Origin: Vermamoeba vermiformis
Taxonomy: Eukaryota
Length of the DNA stretch: 64,000 nt
Direction: 5' to 3'
Assembly: GCA_045837725.1 (NCBI GenBank)
Contig: JBEWZL010000127.1
Coordinates: 1-64,000, forward strand
Under the pieces are notes generated by a model. It searched no databases, had not been told where the DNA came from, and saw only the letters and a list, made by a program, of their open reading frames with translations. Shown piece after piece: positions 26,144 through 39,700 of the stretch (the stretch's first letter is position 1; each line of letters opens with the position of its first letter). The translations under genes were made by a program, and so were the position numbers.

Positions 26144-27971
26144 CTAGGCAACTGCTGCTATATTTAGACTCACCTCCAATATCTCTTTCTCGCTCATTCG
26201 AACCAGCACAATATTCCGCATGGTGGCACTCAGTGTATCGCGTAGCAGTGCGCGGTCCTCCTCGACCGTGGTGGCATATTGCCGCAACAGATCTTGCGCC
26301 AATTTCAGCACCGTGTTCAGCGCGGCCTTCTCGTTGAGCTCGTGCACGGGAGATTGCCGCGAGATACGCTCCCGGTACTGCGCGTCAGTGAGCTCCGCGC
26401 CAGTCATGTGCTGCACACGTGCTGCTGTCAACAGATCGTTCGGAGCTACTCCGCGTCGAATCATGAACTGCGTGCTGCGGAATAATAGCGGTCAGTCGCT
26501 GCTGCGCTATATTTAGACCTACTGTTTGATGCCCGCCAGGGCCAGCAACTTCTCTTTGCTGTCGCGGTGCTTGTCACGTGCTGGCAGCGGAAATTCTATC
26601 ACCACCACGTCATCGAGATTTCTGTCAATTTGTGAGTGGTCAGTTGCGGTGATTTTCAGTGAACACTCGATGGCGTACCTGGGAAAAGTAAATCCGTACT
26701 CGAGGAGATATTCCGCATTGGAGAGCCGCTTGTTGGTGGCATAGGGGATCAGAATCTGCGTGCCCTGGGGGATGAACACTTTTGCCAAATAAGTCAAGCG
26801 CTCCTCGTCGGTGGTGACAGTCACGTGCCACTCCTCAGCACGTGCTTGCGGACTGGCAGCATTGGCGAGATCAGCGAGTGGCACGAGTGCGCCGTCGTGC
26901 TGCGTGTTGAGTGCGAACATGCGCGACCAGATCACTGGCAAAGTGCCACCGCGTGTCAGTGGGGGACTGCTGAATAGTGCACGTACCTGATAGCGCCCAT
27001 TCAAAGCCTGATTTGGTAATGTTCACTTGCCACGTGGCAGGAGCGGTGGCATCGATCAGTCCCTCGGAGATTAGCTGCGAGATGTCAGTTCACTGCTGGC
27101 AGGTGCACGTGACTTACTTGCCAGTGCCGCTGAACACCATCACGACGTCGTTCAGTGAATTCTGTCCGTGAATGAGTCATTGCCATATTAGGACATCACC
27201 GTACCTTTGAGCTTGCTTTGCTGCAATTCTTGCAATTCTTCGTCGGAGAAATAGTAGCTGGTGGAGAAGGACTGCGGTAAAATACTGCAAAGAATAGTGA
27301 GCTATAAATAGTGACAGCTGCAGCGTCCAATCAGCGCACTCACTCCAAATAAGGACGCCAGTACGAGTGCGGATTGTTCCGCTCGTTCAGCAGCAGCAGC
27401 GCCATCTCGTCGGTGGCACCCAACGGCTGGTCCTCCAAGTACCACACCAGCTCTTGCACTGCGGTGCGGTGCTGTGCTGTCACGTGCTCGTCAGTCAGGT
27501 CCAGTGCGCGGTGCTCGATGTTGGCAGGAGTGAGGGCGAGTGACCAGGGCACGGAGAGCAGCACTTGGCCGGGCTAGTGGGGGTAGTGGTCAGTAACATA
27601 TTCTTAGCAGCGGTGAGGGGGGGTTGAGTGCTGCACTGGGCTGCATTCATTCGCGGAAATTACAGCCAATGTGACATCACATTCCATTAGCAATGATATG
27701 ATAATTAATGAGGACCATGGTGGCTGTGTATGAGATACTGCGAGACCCTTTGGATCCGGATCCAGCTGCTACTTCGCCTTACCTGAATGTCAGCTGTAGC
27801 GACAAGACCACGACCATAATTATCAAACTCCTTAATGTCTATTTTGTCGAAGATTGCGCCGCCTTGTCGCATCCAAGCTCTGAACGCGTCATATTCATCG
27901 CTCTTGGCTGTTCCTATCAGCACCGCCACAACGACTATGACTCGCAGTAGATTGTACACCATATATGGCAT
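26144..27971 (-). CDS. SETD3/Rubisco-LSMT-type SET protein methyltransferase with a hydrophobic N-terminal signal-like peptide
   Basis: GRGLVATADI, SYWRPYL, WSRMF, LVPLADLAN and SNAEYLLEYGF, plus an LSMT substrate-binding tail (YATTVEEDRALL..VRMSEKEIL). Confidence 0.8.
27605..27771 (+). ncRNA. Candidate structured RNA antisense within a 209-nt intron
   Basis: Nested helices TAGCAGC/GCTGCTA, GGGGTT/GACCCT, GAGTGC/GCATTC, TCGCGG/CTGCGA, ACAGCCA/TGGCTGT and TGGAT/ATCCA. The G-U pairs work only on the + strand. Confidence 0.45.
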
Positions 27972-28302
27972 AGTATAGTATGCGTGACGAGTGGTACGCT
28001 GCGTCAAATCGAATTTAAAACTGATATTCGAATTTGAACTCAACTCTTTACAGCCCCACTGACGCACATAGCGCGTATAGTCGTCATATATATGCCACAC
28101 CTTCCTATACTCGCAACTCGCACGGTGCACTGGGCTGAATCGAGTTCTCGCGGCAATCTCGTCAATTTTCTCACGGCCAGTAGTACTATCAGTTAGCCGC
28201 GCAGTCGAGTAGCACTCACCTCTGCGAGCATCATCAACTGAGACTAGTGGCAGCACAGCTAGAGCTAGAGGCGCGAATTACCTGCTCTGGAAGTGAATCT
28301 AA

Positions 28303-30518
28303 ATGACGACTGAGGAGCCGCGGGTAAAGCGAGGCGGCAGTGCGCGCAATGTGGTGACATTGAAGCAAAAGGACGAGGATAACAATACGCAACACAATAA
28401 CAATCACAACGAGCTGCACAATTCAGATGGTCCATCCAGCAGCTCGAAAAAGAAACAGAGACGCAGCGACTCACCCAAAAAAAATAGAGAGAAAGTCAAA
28501 CGACCAGGTGAATATATTTTGCTAGTAGAATGATTAATTAATGAATTTCCTCACCGCAATAATTTCAACTGCTTTGAATTACAAAATTTAATTTTAAATC
28601 TTGCAGAGAGCGGCGAAGTAGCATCAAAAGACATTAAAAAGAGCAACGATCGCATAGAAAACGGTACCAATAACATTAACAATAGCGATGATGCACAACC
28701 ATCGCCTCATCCTGATGGCTCGTCTGGTGGTGCGGATCGGGGTTCAGGCAGCGTCAACGATCAGCCAAGCACTAATGATACAGCTACAAATAATACCAAC
28801 ACCACACAGCCCACGACGATTTCGCCCTCCACCTCCGCAGGTCCATCCACCAGCCCCAAGCCGTTGCGCCTCTCTGACAAATTCAAAGCGTTATTTAAGG
28901 TGCGTCTACTGAGCAGTCCTATTGCACATAGTCATATATATACATGCACTAGTATACTGACCCAGCCCCTTACTGCAGCGCGACAAGAAGAAAGACAAGC
29001 CGCGCAATGTACGCACATCCAGTCAGCTGAACACGCTCCATCTGAACAACAACAACAACGGCACCACGCCGCAGCCCTCCAACACCAAGGAGCACGACAA
29101 GAAGGAGGAGCCACGATCTGCGCGCGAAAAGAAAGTGACGCGTGCCAACTGCTTTGCAGAGCTGTCCGAAGAGCTGCAAAAGAAAATCAAAAAGGCCAAG
29201 CTGCACGAGGACGAAGTGAACAAGCAGTTCTGGGTGCTGTTGAATGTGCTGCACTTCATCACCAAGGAGAGCTATCGCATGGACGGCATGGACTCGCCAC
29301 CCGTGCAGCGCCGCAGACCTTACGCGCCCGTCAAGGCGATTGAAGCTGCAAGTGAGTGACACGCGTGCATTGCATAATCTGAGTGCTATATACATACATT
29401 ATGCGTGCTAATAATATATATGTGATGATAATAATATATGCATACGAATAACACTACGAGTGATAATATTATATCCATTATTATAATAATATATCCACAT
29501 GAAGCAGTACCCGCGACTAACCCCCGCACAGAACAGCTCGCGCAGGCCCCCGACAAAGACACCAAAAAACTGTTCAAGAATCTCGAGTTCAGCGGCAAGG
29601 GCGGATTCGGTCGTGTGTTCGGCGGCAAAGACATTGCCACCAGACACCGCGTGGCCATCAAGAAACTGCCGCACGTGACTGAAAAAGACAAGCGGAACAA
29701 TTACAGCGAGATTGCATTCCTGATGACGTGCGAACACCCGAACATTGTGAAGTTCTTGAGCGCGTACGAGGTGAAAGAAGAGGTGTGGATTGTGATGGAA
29801 TTCCTCGAGGGTGGCACGCTGAACGAGGCCGTCAAGGTGCATCAGTTCAGTGAAAAGCACATTGCCTACGTGGCACGCGAGATGTTGAAGGGTCTCAAGT
29901 ACTTGCACGCACAGGGCTTCGTGCACCGCGATCTCAAATCTGCAAATGTGATGATGTCCATCGACGGCGACATCAAGCTGATTGACTTTGGGCTCTGCGC
30001 CGATGTCAGCGAAGGCGAGCGCGTGCAGATGTTGGGCTCACCGTTCTGGATGCCACCCGAGATGATTCATCGCAAACCTCACGGCTGTCCTGTAAGTACT
30101 GCGCACCTCGCTGCTGATACATTCTTGACACGTGTCATTTGTGACAGGCGGACATATGGAGCTTTGCAGTGTGTATACTAGAGATGTATTTGAAAGAGCC
30201 GCCCAACAGTTCCAGTCGTCTGCGCGCCATGTATTATATCGGCACTGAGGGCTGCAAGGTACGCGTTATGATTGTTATGTGCGGTGTAGTGCTGGCTCGG
30301 CCACTGACTTGTTTTCACAGCAACACATCCCGTCACGTGCCTCAGAGCAAGCACGTGATTTTTTGAGTCGATGTCTCGAAATGGATCCGAGCAAGCGCGC
30401 CACAGCGGACGAACTGCTAGAGCACCCCTTTGTGACACAACCACGTCTGCACGAGGGCATCAAAGACGTGCTGCGCGGTGTGTTCGTGTCCAACTCACTC
30501 GCCTTGTCGGGCATTTGA
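28303..30518 (+). CDS. STE20/PAK-like Ser/Thr protein kinase (multi-exon)
   Basis: GKGGFGRV, VAIKK, WIVMEFLEGGTL, HRDLKSAN, DFG and GSPFWMPPE. Confidence 0.93.
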
Positions 30519-30615
30519 TGGGGCTATTGTAACATAGTAAAAACTGAACTTGCTTTCAACAGGTTTATAGCGGTTAGTATTATTATTATTACACAAGTCA
30601 CGAGTGCGCGCACGG

Positions 30616-32267
30616 TTAATGTCGACTCGTGGCAGCACTGCGCAGACTCTTGCTGAGCTTGGAGTTGTGTTTCTCGAGCTCGTCAATCTTGTTCTGCAGC
30701 GCGGCTTGTTGGCCCTTCAATTGTTCCACCACGCGGTCCACTGAGCTCTTGGCACGGCGTTCATTCTCCACCTGGCGCTTGCTCTCTTCGAGCTGTGCCA
30801 GCAACTGTCGCTGTTCGTTCTCGAGATCTCTGCTCGCCTTGCGCTCGTCGTCGAGTCGCGCAGTCAAGTCGCGCGTGACAGCGGTCAACTTGTTCTTCAA
30901 CTGACGCACCTCCTCTTGCAGCGCACTCACTTGTTTGCTCGCGTACTCGACTTCACTCGCCTTGCTCTCCACTTGTTCTTGCAAGCGCTCCACACGACCA
31001 CTCAGCGCACTCTCTTGGCCCACTGAGTCCTCGCGCTGCTCCACACGGCGCTGCAACTCATCCACGCGCTGCTGCAACTTCTTCTCGACCTGCACGCGCT
31101 CAGACTCGACTTTGCCGAGCTCGATGCGCTGGAGTTCCAGCTCTTTTTCGAGCTCTTTCACCTTCAATTCAGCAGCTTCACGTGCGCGCAAGTGTTTGTC
31201 GCTCTCTTCTTCCGCGCGCAGCACTTGTTCGCGCAGCTTGTCGTTCTGTCGCTCGAGATTGCGCAGCGTGGACTTGAGTTCCGGACCTGTCAACTTGTCT
31301 TTGATGTAGTCCACTTGCGTGGTGCCACGTGCCTCGCTGTTGAGATAGACGCGCTTGTGATCGCGCCCGAGCTCCTTCAAGTCCTGGCGCGCAGACTCGT
31401 ACTCCCACTCCACGTGCTCCAATTGACGTGTCACTTCGCGGAGTTCACGTGTCAATCGCTCGACTTCTTGTTTGCTGCGCTGTTGGTCACTCTTGAGGGC
31501 CGTTCTGTGCTCTGACTCAATCTGCAAATGACACGTGTCAATCACCGATCCCTACACATGACACGTGACACTACTCACCGCACGCACGCGTTGTTCCACG
31601 CGGCTCTCGAGCTCATCAGCGTCACGTTTCTTCGCGCGCTCGTGTTGCGCAGTCAAATCGCGCACGTGCTTGGAGTGTTCAGCGCGCAGTTGTTCGAGTT
31701 GTGCGGCGTGTTTCTTGGTGTTGAACTCCACCGTGCCCTTCAACTCGAGCACTTGGTCGTACATTTCACTCAACTTCTTCTTTTGCGCGCTGTTCTCTTC
31801 GCGCTGATCGTGCAGCTCGTTCTTCAAGCTCTGCACTTGTTCTTTGAGGTCGCGCGCTGCTACACGATCAACTTCGTGTCGTTTCTTCACTTCTTCGACC
31901 TCACTCGCTGCACGGATCGAACTCGTTCTGGCTTGTTGTTCTGACAGCGTCAAATCTTTAATGCGCTTCTCCAATCGTTGCTTATCCTCGCGCTCTCGTG
32001 TCAGCTCCGTCTCGGTGTCTTGCACTGTCACCATAAAATCAACAAAATTTCGAATATGATTTTTGTGAGCGGATCGAACAAAATCTTTTGCTGGATATCA
32101 AGTTGCAATATGAGGCGAATTTAACAAAATATACATTAAATAAATGAATTTTGGCATAAAAACAACGGTCAGTGTTCAATAACAAAGCAGTTTGACTTAC
32201 ATCTGCTCTCAACGGCAGCCAACTTCTGCTTGAGCTCAGCAATCTTCTCTTTTTTAGCCTCGGACAT
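30616..32267 (-). CDS. Long coiled-coil protein of unknown function
   Basis: E/K/Q/R/L-rich heptad-like ORFs joined by GT-AG introns; first exon MSEAKKEKIAELKQKL. Confidence 0.7.
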
Positions 32268-32487
32268 GGTGCTTAAAGTATTCAGTGCTACAGCGTCTAC
32301 GAGATTTATACAACTGTGCGAATTTTAAATTTCTAACCGCCCCCGCGAGATATTTTCAGTCTCGCCAGGTGATATGTCCTTTAGAGCTACAAGGCCTGAC
32401 GTCTGTGGAAATTTTTAATTTGAAAAACTAAACTATTGTTACACGTTGTATTATATAATAGACTAGTCACACACTTGATACCTCACA

Positions 32488-34700
32488 ATGTCTTTTTCGA
32501 TTCGCAAGAGACAGATCGGTTAGTTTCTCAAACTTTCGCAAAGTTTTTATCTGTCTAACGCATGCTACAGAGGTCATTAAGCGCATGCTTAATTTGCACA
32601 AAGCACAAGACTCAAAGGCGTATTGGCAAGATGTGTGGAAATTGCTGATCTATGACGATTATTGCAGAGCAATTTTATCTCCTTTATTTAAAGTCGGAGA
32701 CCTTAGACAACTAGGCATTACATTACACATGTAAGGGACATGCAATCAAAAATAGCGGTGATTTTAACAGAGTTCCAGGATGATCAATTCAGATCGACAG
32801 CCCGTGCCTGACGTACCAGCGATTTATTTCGTGATGCCCACCAAAGAGAACGTCGATCTCATGTGTCGCGTATGTTAGTTGGCGATATGAGTATTATTAC
32901 AACGATATTGACACCTGCAACTAGGATTGCAATGCGCGGCTGTACGATCAGTATTATTTCAATTTCGCATCCTCGATCCCTCGTCCACTGCTCGAAGACT
33001 TGGCGCGCACGACACTCGAATGCGATGTAGTGCATCAGGTGAACAAGGTGTGCGATCAGTACGTCAACTTCGTGTCGCTGGAAGACAAGCTGTTCTCGCT
33101 GCAACAGCCGCAGTCGTACTTGATGTGGAATGACCCGAGCATCTCCGACACTGTCGCCGAGAACAACATTGCGCAACTCGTCGCGGCACTCACCTCGGTG
33201 GTGGCAACACTCGGCACCGTGCCAGTGATCAGAGCCGCACGCGGTGGAGCAGCAGCAGTGATCGCCCAAGCACTGGACAACAAGCTGCGCACAGGAGCGG
33301 TGTTGGGAGGCTGGGACGAGAGCAGTCACAGCAACAACTTTGAGCGGCCAGTGATGATCATCGTGGACAGACATCACGATCTCTTGCCCCTGCTGACGCA
33401 CGGCTGGTCCTATCAGTCCCTCGTGCACGATCTGCTCAATCTCGAGCTCAATCGCGTCACGTGTCCCGTCAAAGAGCGCAACACAGTGGTGCAGAAGAGC
33501 TACGATCTCGATCCATCAGATGCGCTGTGGCACGAACACGCAGCTACACCCTTCCCCAATGTTGCGGTGGAGATCAAGACACAAGTGGATGAAGTGCAGG
33601 CACGCATTAACAAGTCACGTGACAATCGCACCAATGTCGATGTGGAGGACGACAACAGAGTGGTGGAGCACACGCGAGATCTGGGCACATTGATCACAGC
33701 CCTGCCCGAACTGCAAGAGAAGAAGCGACTGTTGGACATGCACACGAACATCTCCCTCGCGCTGCTCGATGAGATCAATGCGCGCAGTCTGGACACATTT
33801 GTCTCGCTCGAAGACGCGCTGTTGACCAAGAGCAATGTTGTAAGTAGCCTCTGTCATTAGTACGCACTGATGTGATGCTGATGCGCGCAACAGAACAGAA
33901 AAGATGTGCTGCAAGCCCTGAGCGATGAGAAGGGCACCAAAGAGGACAAGTTGCGCTTGTTTTTGATCTATTACATCTGCAATCAACAGAAATTGCAGCC
34001 GCAAGAGTTGAAAGAGCTCGAACAGGCCCTCACCGCACAGGGCATTGATCTCAAAGTGTTCAAATATCTCAAGCAGTAAGTGCCCCAAGTAAGAGATGAT
34101 GCGCGCAGTACTCACCTCTGCCTCTAGAATCAAAGCATTCGATGACACCTGGACGGCATCAGTTGCGACATCGAGCACCAAGACCAACACGAACAGTCTG
34201 TTGAAGACCGTAAGTCACCTCGCACCCTCGACTTGACACTCTTGTTGACACGTGTCAATAGGACTTTTTGAAGAGTTTCACCGATCTAGTGAGTGCCAGT
34301 GTCAAGTACTTGATCCCTGCCACTAAGGACTATCACGTGACACGCGTGGTGGATGCAGTGATGGAGCTCAAGAGTTCACCGGACATTGACAACTATCTCT
34401 ATCTCGATCCCAAGTTCCAGCCCGATGCCGCACCGCGCAAGACCACGCCATTCCGCCAAGCAATTGTATTCGTACTTGGTGGTGGCAATTACCTCGAGTA
34501 CCTCAATCTCATGGACTACGCCAAGAGAGTACGTAGTAGATCTCCGGGATACTACTAAATACTAACATATTACATAGTCAAAGCAACAAAAGAATCTCGG
34601 GTTGGGCAAGAAAATCATATATGGCACCACAGAGCTGTTGACTGGCAAAGAGTTCCTGCATCAGCTGCAACAACTAGCCGACAAAACTCCTGGCCTGTAA
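32488..34700 (+). CDS. SLY1: Sec1/Munc18 family protein Sly1/SCFD1
   Basis: WKLLIYDD, LRQLGITLH, DVPAIYFVMPT, RPVMIIVDR..LTHGWSYQSLVHD, FVLGGGNYLEY and IYGTTEL. Confidence 0.95.
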
Positions 34701-34904
34701 ATCGGTACTCTTTCGGCGTTTAATAAACTCATCCATGTACAGCACTCACCGCTCAATAGTATTGTTGTATGTCAGTAATATCAACAGACAAAGTTGCTGC
34801 CCAAAAACGGGCACACAAAATCTTTGAGCAAAAACCTGCAGGAAAGATACTTGTCGGCAGGTGCCTTGCTAAATCAATACACTCACTCGCACGAACGAAC
34901 ACGC

Positions 34905-36516
34905 ATGGCTCACTCCACTAAATTTCCAGGTAATTAAGTTGCGGTGGAGGTACTTGTCGTGAACCCCTTCGTTAATAACTTGTCTTGTAGCTTCGGATCA
35001 ACTCGTTCAAGCGTTCAATAAAGCCAAAAATGACAAATCAATTCGTTATTTGAAGGTGGAGATCAAAGACGGTAAGTTTGCTGTAATTTTGGATGCAATA
35101 AAATCTTACGCAAATTGAATTGCGAATATTAATTGTGAGGCCCTTAGAAAAATTGGAATTGGTGGAAGAAGGAAAGAACAATGGTACTACCAGCATTGGT
35201 ACGGAACATAGGTTATTAAGATTACGTGACGGTTTATTTTAACTGATTTTATTTCAGATTTCAACAACTTGAAGAACGTTTTACAGCCTAAACAAGCCTG
35301 CTATATTATCTTCCGTCTTAAAGAGGCCTTTGATTCTGCTCCTTGGGCTTTGATTAGTTTTATTCCAGATGACATTCCAGTATGTGACAATCACGCTTCT
35401 CGGTTTATTTGACATTGTGCTAATGTTGAAAACGTATTTGTGTAGGTCAATGAGAAGATGATTTATTCTTCTACCATTTTCCGCGTCAAGGAAGTCCTTG
35501 GCATCTCTTTGTTTGGAGAAGATCGCAGATTTGGTGAAGTGGTGCGTACATTGCTTTGTTGAACATGCTGAGGACTAATTCAACTTGAAATTTACATAGA
35601 GCGAGATCAATTTCAATACGTTGAAGATGGCAGCAGTTGGATCAGGCTCATCCAACCCCTCTTCGGGTGCCACTAATAATAATACCAACAGTGACAAGCC
35701 GTGGTCCAAGCGAGAGTTGGCGCAACAACAACTCGATGAAAGTGAGCGACAAGCCCGCGCTGAATATGCGTCTGGCAAGACTGCAGCTGGTTTGCACGCC
35801 ATTGAAGTTCCTCTCACGAGCGAAGCCACATCCGCACTGAATCAATTGAAAGCAGGCAGTGTGAACTGGGTTCAACTGGTAGGTGATATACATGACCTAT
35901 TAGCTTCCAATAACTCCTCTGACGCGCGTATCAGTCCGTAGACGAGGCCGGCAAGGCGATGACCAGTGTGGCGAGCAAGCAAGTGAGTGGTGACTTGGGC
36001 GCACAGATCAGCACCAAAGAGCCGCAGTTCTACTTGCACACCACTCGCGATGCCGTTGTGTTGATCTATGCCTGCCCTGAGAAATCGCCCGTGCAGCTGC
36101 GCATGATCTACCCGACAAGCAAGTCCGCTCTGGCCCACAAGCTCAAGTCCATTGGCTTCACGAAGGTGATTAAGATTGACATTCGCGAGCCCAGCGAGTT
36201 GACGAGTGCTGCCATCGACGAGGCCTTCAGAAACAAGGCCAGCACCATCTTCAAGCCCACTGACAGCATGTTGAAGGGCAACAGCTCGCCCAGCAATCTC
36301 GGCACGGGCATCAAGAGCAACGAGTTTGATGCGCGCAAGCCAGTGTTCAATCGACCAGGGTTCAGCAGCGGCGATCACGGTCACGTGTCTAACTCGAATC
36401 CCAAGGCCAAGAATGTCACGCAGGGTGAAGCTCCTTCCGCAATGCGCGTGTTCGGCTCGAGCAACAAGCCCAAGCCTAAAGGTGTAGTTATTCCTCCTGA
36501 TGGTGCTTACTGTTAA
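34905..36516 (+). CDS. TWF: Twinfilin (two ADF-H domains)
   Basis: IRYLKVEI, ISFIPDDIPVNEKMIYSST, and a second ADF-H domain with LIYACPEKSPVQLRMIYPTSK..KIDIREPSEL. Confidence 0.85.
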
Positions 36517-36754
36517 TAAAGTCGTCTATTTATTGTATTGTAAACATGACTTACGTGTCGGATGCGACCTAATCAAATTGTGGCCACGAAAGCTCAATAT
36601 TGAAATGTAGTACTAGCAGCTTACAAAGAACGCCTGCTCAATCGTGGTCGCGCACTTTACACGGAAATTTTATCAAGTTTAAATTGCTGACGAAAAATTT
36701 TCAAACACGAACCAAGTTTTATATTGCATAATTTTTAAATACATAACAACAACA

Positions 36755-39700
36755 ATGGCTGCACTGACCACTGTTAGTGGATATGTGAGCCTTCTTGATG
36801 AAAATGAAGATAATCAAGTCAAGGCTTACGCGCTAGAACAGCTTAATGCTCTTGTTGATCAATTTTGGGCTGAAATTGCCGACATAGAAACAATTAAGAA
36901 AATGTAAGCAATAATATTTGTATTATTTGTGGATGTATTTATGCTTTATTTGTGGAAATTGACTTTGTTGTGATCGCATTCAAAATTCATAATTTTTTTT
37001 GAAAGCTTTCCGTGACTAACACGATGTCGTATTTCACAGTGAGGTATTATACGAAGATAAGAATTTTACCCACAGAAAACTGGCTGCTCTTGTTGCATCT
37101 AAGGTAAGAAGACTTTCATCGAGAAAAAATTTTTCAAAATTCAAAAGCCGTCGCTAATGCGTCTGTTCACTGGCAATCATACAGAAACTATTGAAAATTA
37201 CTCACACATGCTATTTTTGTTAGGTTTTTTATCACCTGAGCTCTTTTCCAGATGCTCGTGATTTTGCCTTGCGAGCCGAAGAATTGTTTGATATCTCTCA
37301 AAAGAACGAATATGTAGAGACTATGATTGGTATGTACTTAATATTGCTTACCAATACCGTAGACATTTAATGACTCGATCTTGTCCAGCCAAGTGCATTG
37401 ACGAGTACATTCAATTGCGTGTCGCTAACTACGAGCGACGCAACAAAGACGAGGTCCAGCCCATTGACCCGCGCTTGGAGTCTATTGTCGAGCGCATGTT
37501 CCAGCGCTGTTTTGAAGACAAGGAATACAAGCAGGCTATTGGTATCTCCTTGGAAGCTCGTCGTCTGGATACAATTGAACGCGCAGTCAAGGAGAGTGGC
37601 AGCTCAAAAGAACTGCTCTCCTACACGATGAAGATGGCCATGGAGTTGTTGACCAGTCGTGATTTCCGTCAAGTGGTCTTGCGCACTCTCGTCAAGCTCT
37701 ACAATGACTTGAGCATTCCCGATTACATTAGCATCTGCCGCTGTCTCGTCTTCTTGGACGATGCTGCTGCTGTTGCTGCCATTCTGAGCAAGCTGATCAA
37801 GAGCGACAACTCTGATGACGTCTTGCTCTGCTGTCAAATCGCCTTTGAACTCTGCGACAATGCCACTCAGTCCTTCTTGGCTATTGTCAAGACCGCTTTG
37901 CCTGTGCCTGCCAATGCTGAGGCTAGTGGCGACAAGATGGAAGTCGAAGTCGATGCCAAGGAGAAGAGTTTGCAAACACTGCACAAGATTTTGACTCAGG
38001 AACCAACCATTGAACTGCAACTCGAGTTCTTGTACCGCAATAACCACACAGATTTGAACATCTTGAAGAACATCAAGAATGCATTCGAGCCTCGCAATTC
38101 GATCTTGCACACTGCAACCATCTTCGCCAATGCTCTGATGCACTCAGGAACTACGCGTGACACTTTCTTGAGCAGCAACATTGATTGGTTGGCTCGCGCT
38201 GTCAACTGGTCCAAGTTCTCTGCTGCTGCTGGTCTCGGTGTCATTCACAAGGGTCACTTCAAAGAGGCTATGAATGTTCTCTCGCAGTACTTGCCCCGTC
38301 CTGGCTCTGAGTCACAATACACTGAAGGTGGCTCATTGTTTGCTCTTGGTCTTATCAACACCAACCTCGGTCACAAGTGCACTCCTTACTTGTTGCAACA
38401 ACTCAGAACCAACTCTGCCAACGAAACTATTGTCCACGGTGCTTGCTTAGGTCTCGGTCTCTCTGCCATGGCTACTCAAGATCAAGGTACGTTCACATCT
38501 AATTAGAGTAGTAGACGAATGTTATCGAAGCCATTCAAACGAGTCATTGAACCTCTTGAGTGGTCAAAATGCATTCAATATTCAATTATCCTTTTCTTTT
38601 ATTTCCTTATTAATGGTATTGCCGTGCAGAAATCTTCGAAGAGTTGATGAACGTGCTCTATCAAGACAGTGCTGTTGCTGGTGAAGCTGCTGGTATTGCA
38701 ATGGGTCTCGTCATGTTGGGCTCTGCCTCTGCCAACTGCGCCGAAATGATTAACTTTGCTCACGATACACAACACGAAAAGATTATTCGTGGTCTTGCCA
38801 TTGGTCTCGCGCTGATTATGTATGGCCGCGAAGAAGAAGCTGACACTTTGATCGATCAATTGATGAGCGACAAAGATCCCATTCTCCGCTATGGTGGTGT
38901 CTTCACTATTGGTCTCGCTTACTGCGGTACTGCCAACAACGTTGCCATTCGTCGCTGCTTGCACGTGGCAGTCTCAGACGTTTCTGATGATGTGCGTCGA
39001 GGAGCAGTCTTGGCACTTGGTTTCGTCATGTATCGACAGCCGCATCAACTCCCCGTCCTCGTTCAATTGTTGTCTGAGTCCTACAACCCTCACGTACGCT
39101 ATGGTGCTACATTGGCTGTGGGTATTGCTTGCGCTGGTACTGCCATGAAAGAAGCCATTGATTTGTTGGAACCTATGGCCCGCTCAGATCCAGTAGACTT
39201 TGTGCGTCAAGGAGCACTGATTGCACTCGGCATGGTGAACATTCAAGCCACTGAAGCTTATCAACCTAAAGTGACAGAGATCCGTCAATTGTTCCAAGAG
39301 CGCTACAAGGACAAGCACGAAGCAGTCATGTCACGCTTTGGTGCTATTATTGCCCAAGGTATTATTGACGCTGGTGGCCGCAATGTCACCATCTCACTCA
39401 GCAGTCGCTCTGGTCACCGCAACATGTACGGCATTGTGGGTCTGGCCTTGTTCTTACAGTACTGGTACTGGTACCCTTACATCTATTTCTTGTCGCTGTC
39501 CTTCACGCCCACCGCGATGATTGGGCTCAACAAGGACCTCAAGATGCCCAAGTTCAAGTTCAAGTCCAATGTGCCGCCCAGCCTCTTTGCTTACCCCATG
39601 GACGTCAAGCCTCCTGAGGTTGAAGCTCCCACCAAGGTGCCCGTCGCTCAACTGTCCACCACTCGCAAACAGAAGGCTCGTCAACAGAAGAAGAAGAAAG

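Noticed and set aside
27730-27780. Resemblance to a TPP riboswitch 3' half (TGAGA..ACCCTTTG..GATCCAG)
   Set aside because: It lacks the conserved AACCUGAU and UAAU..GCG..GGGA core, is antisense to the host gene, and the host is not thiamine-related.
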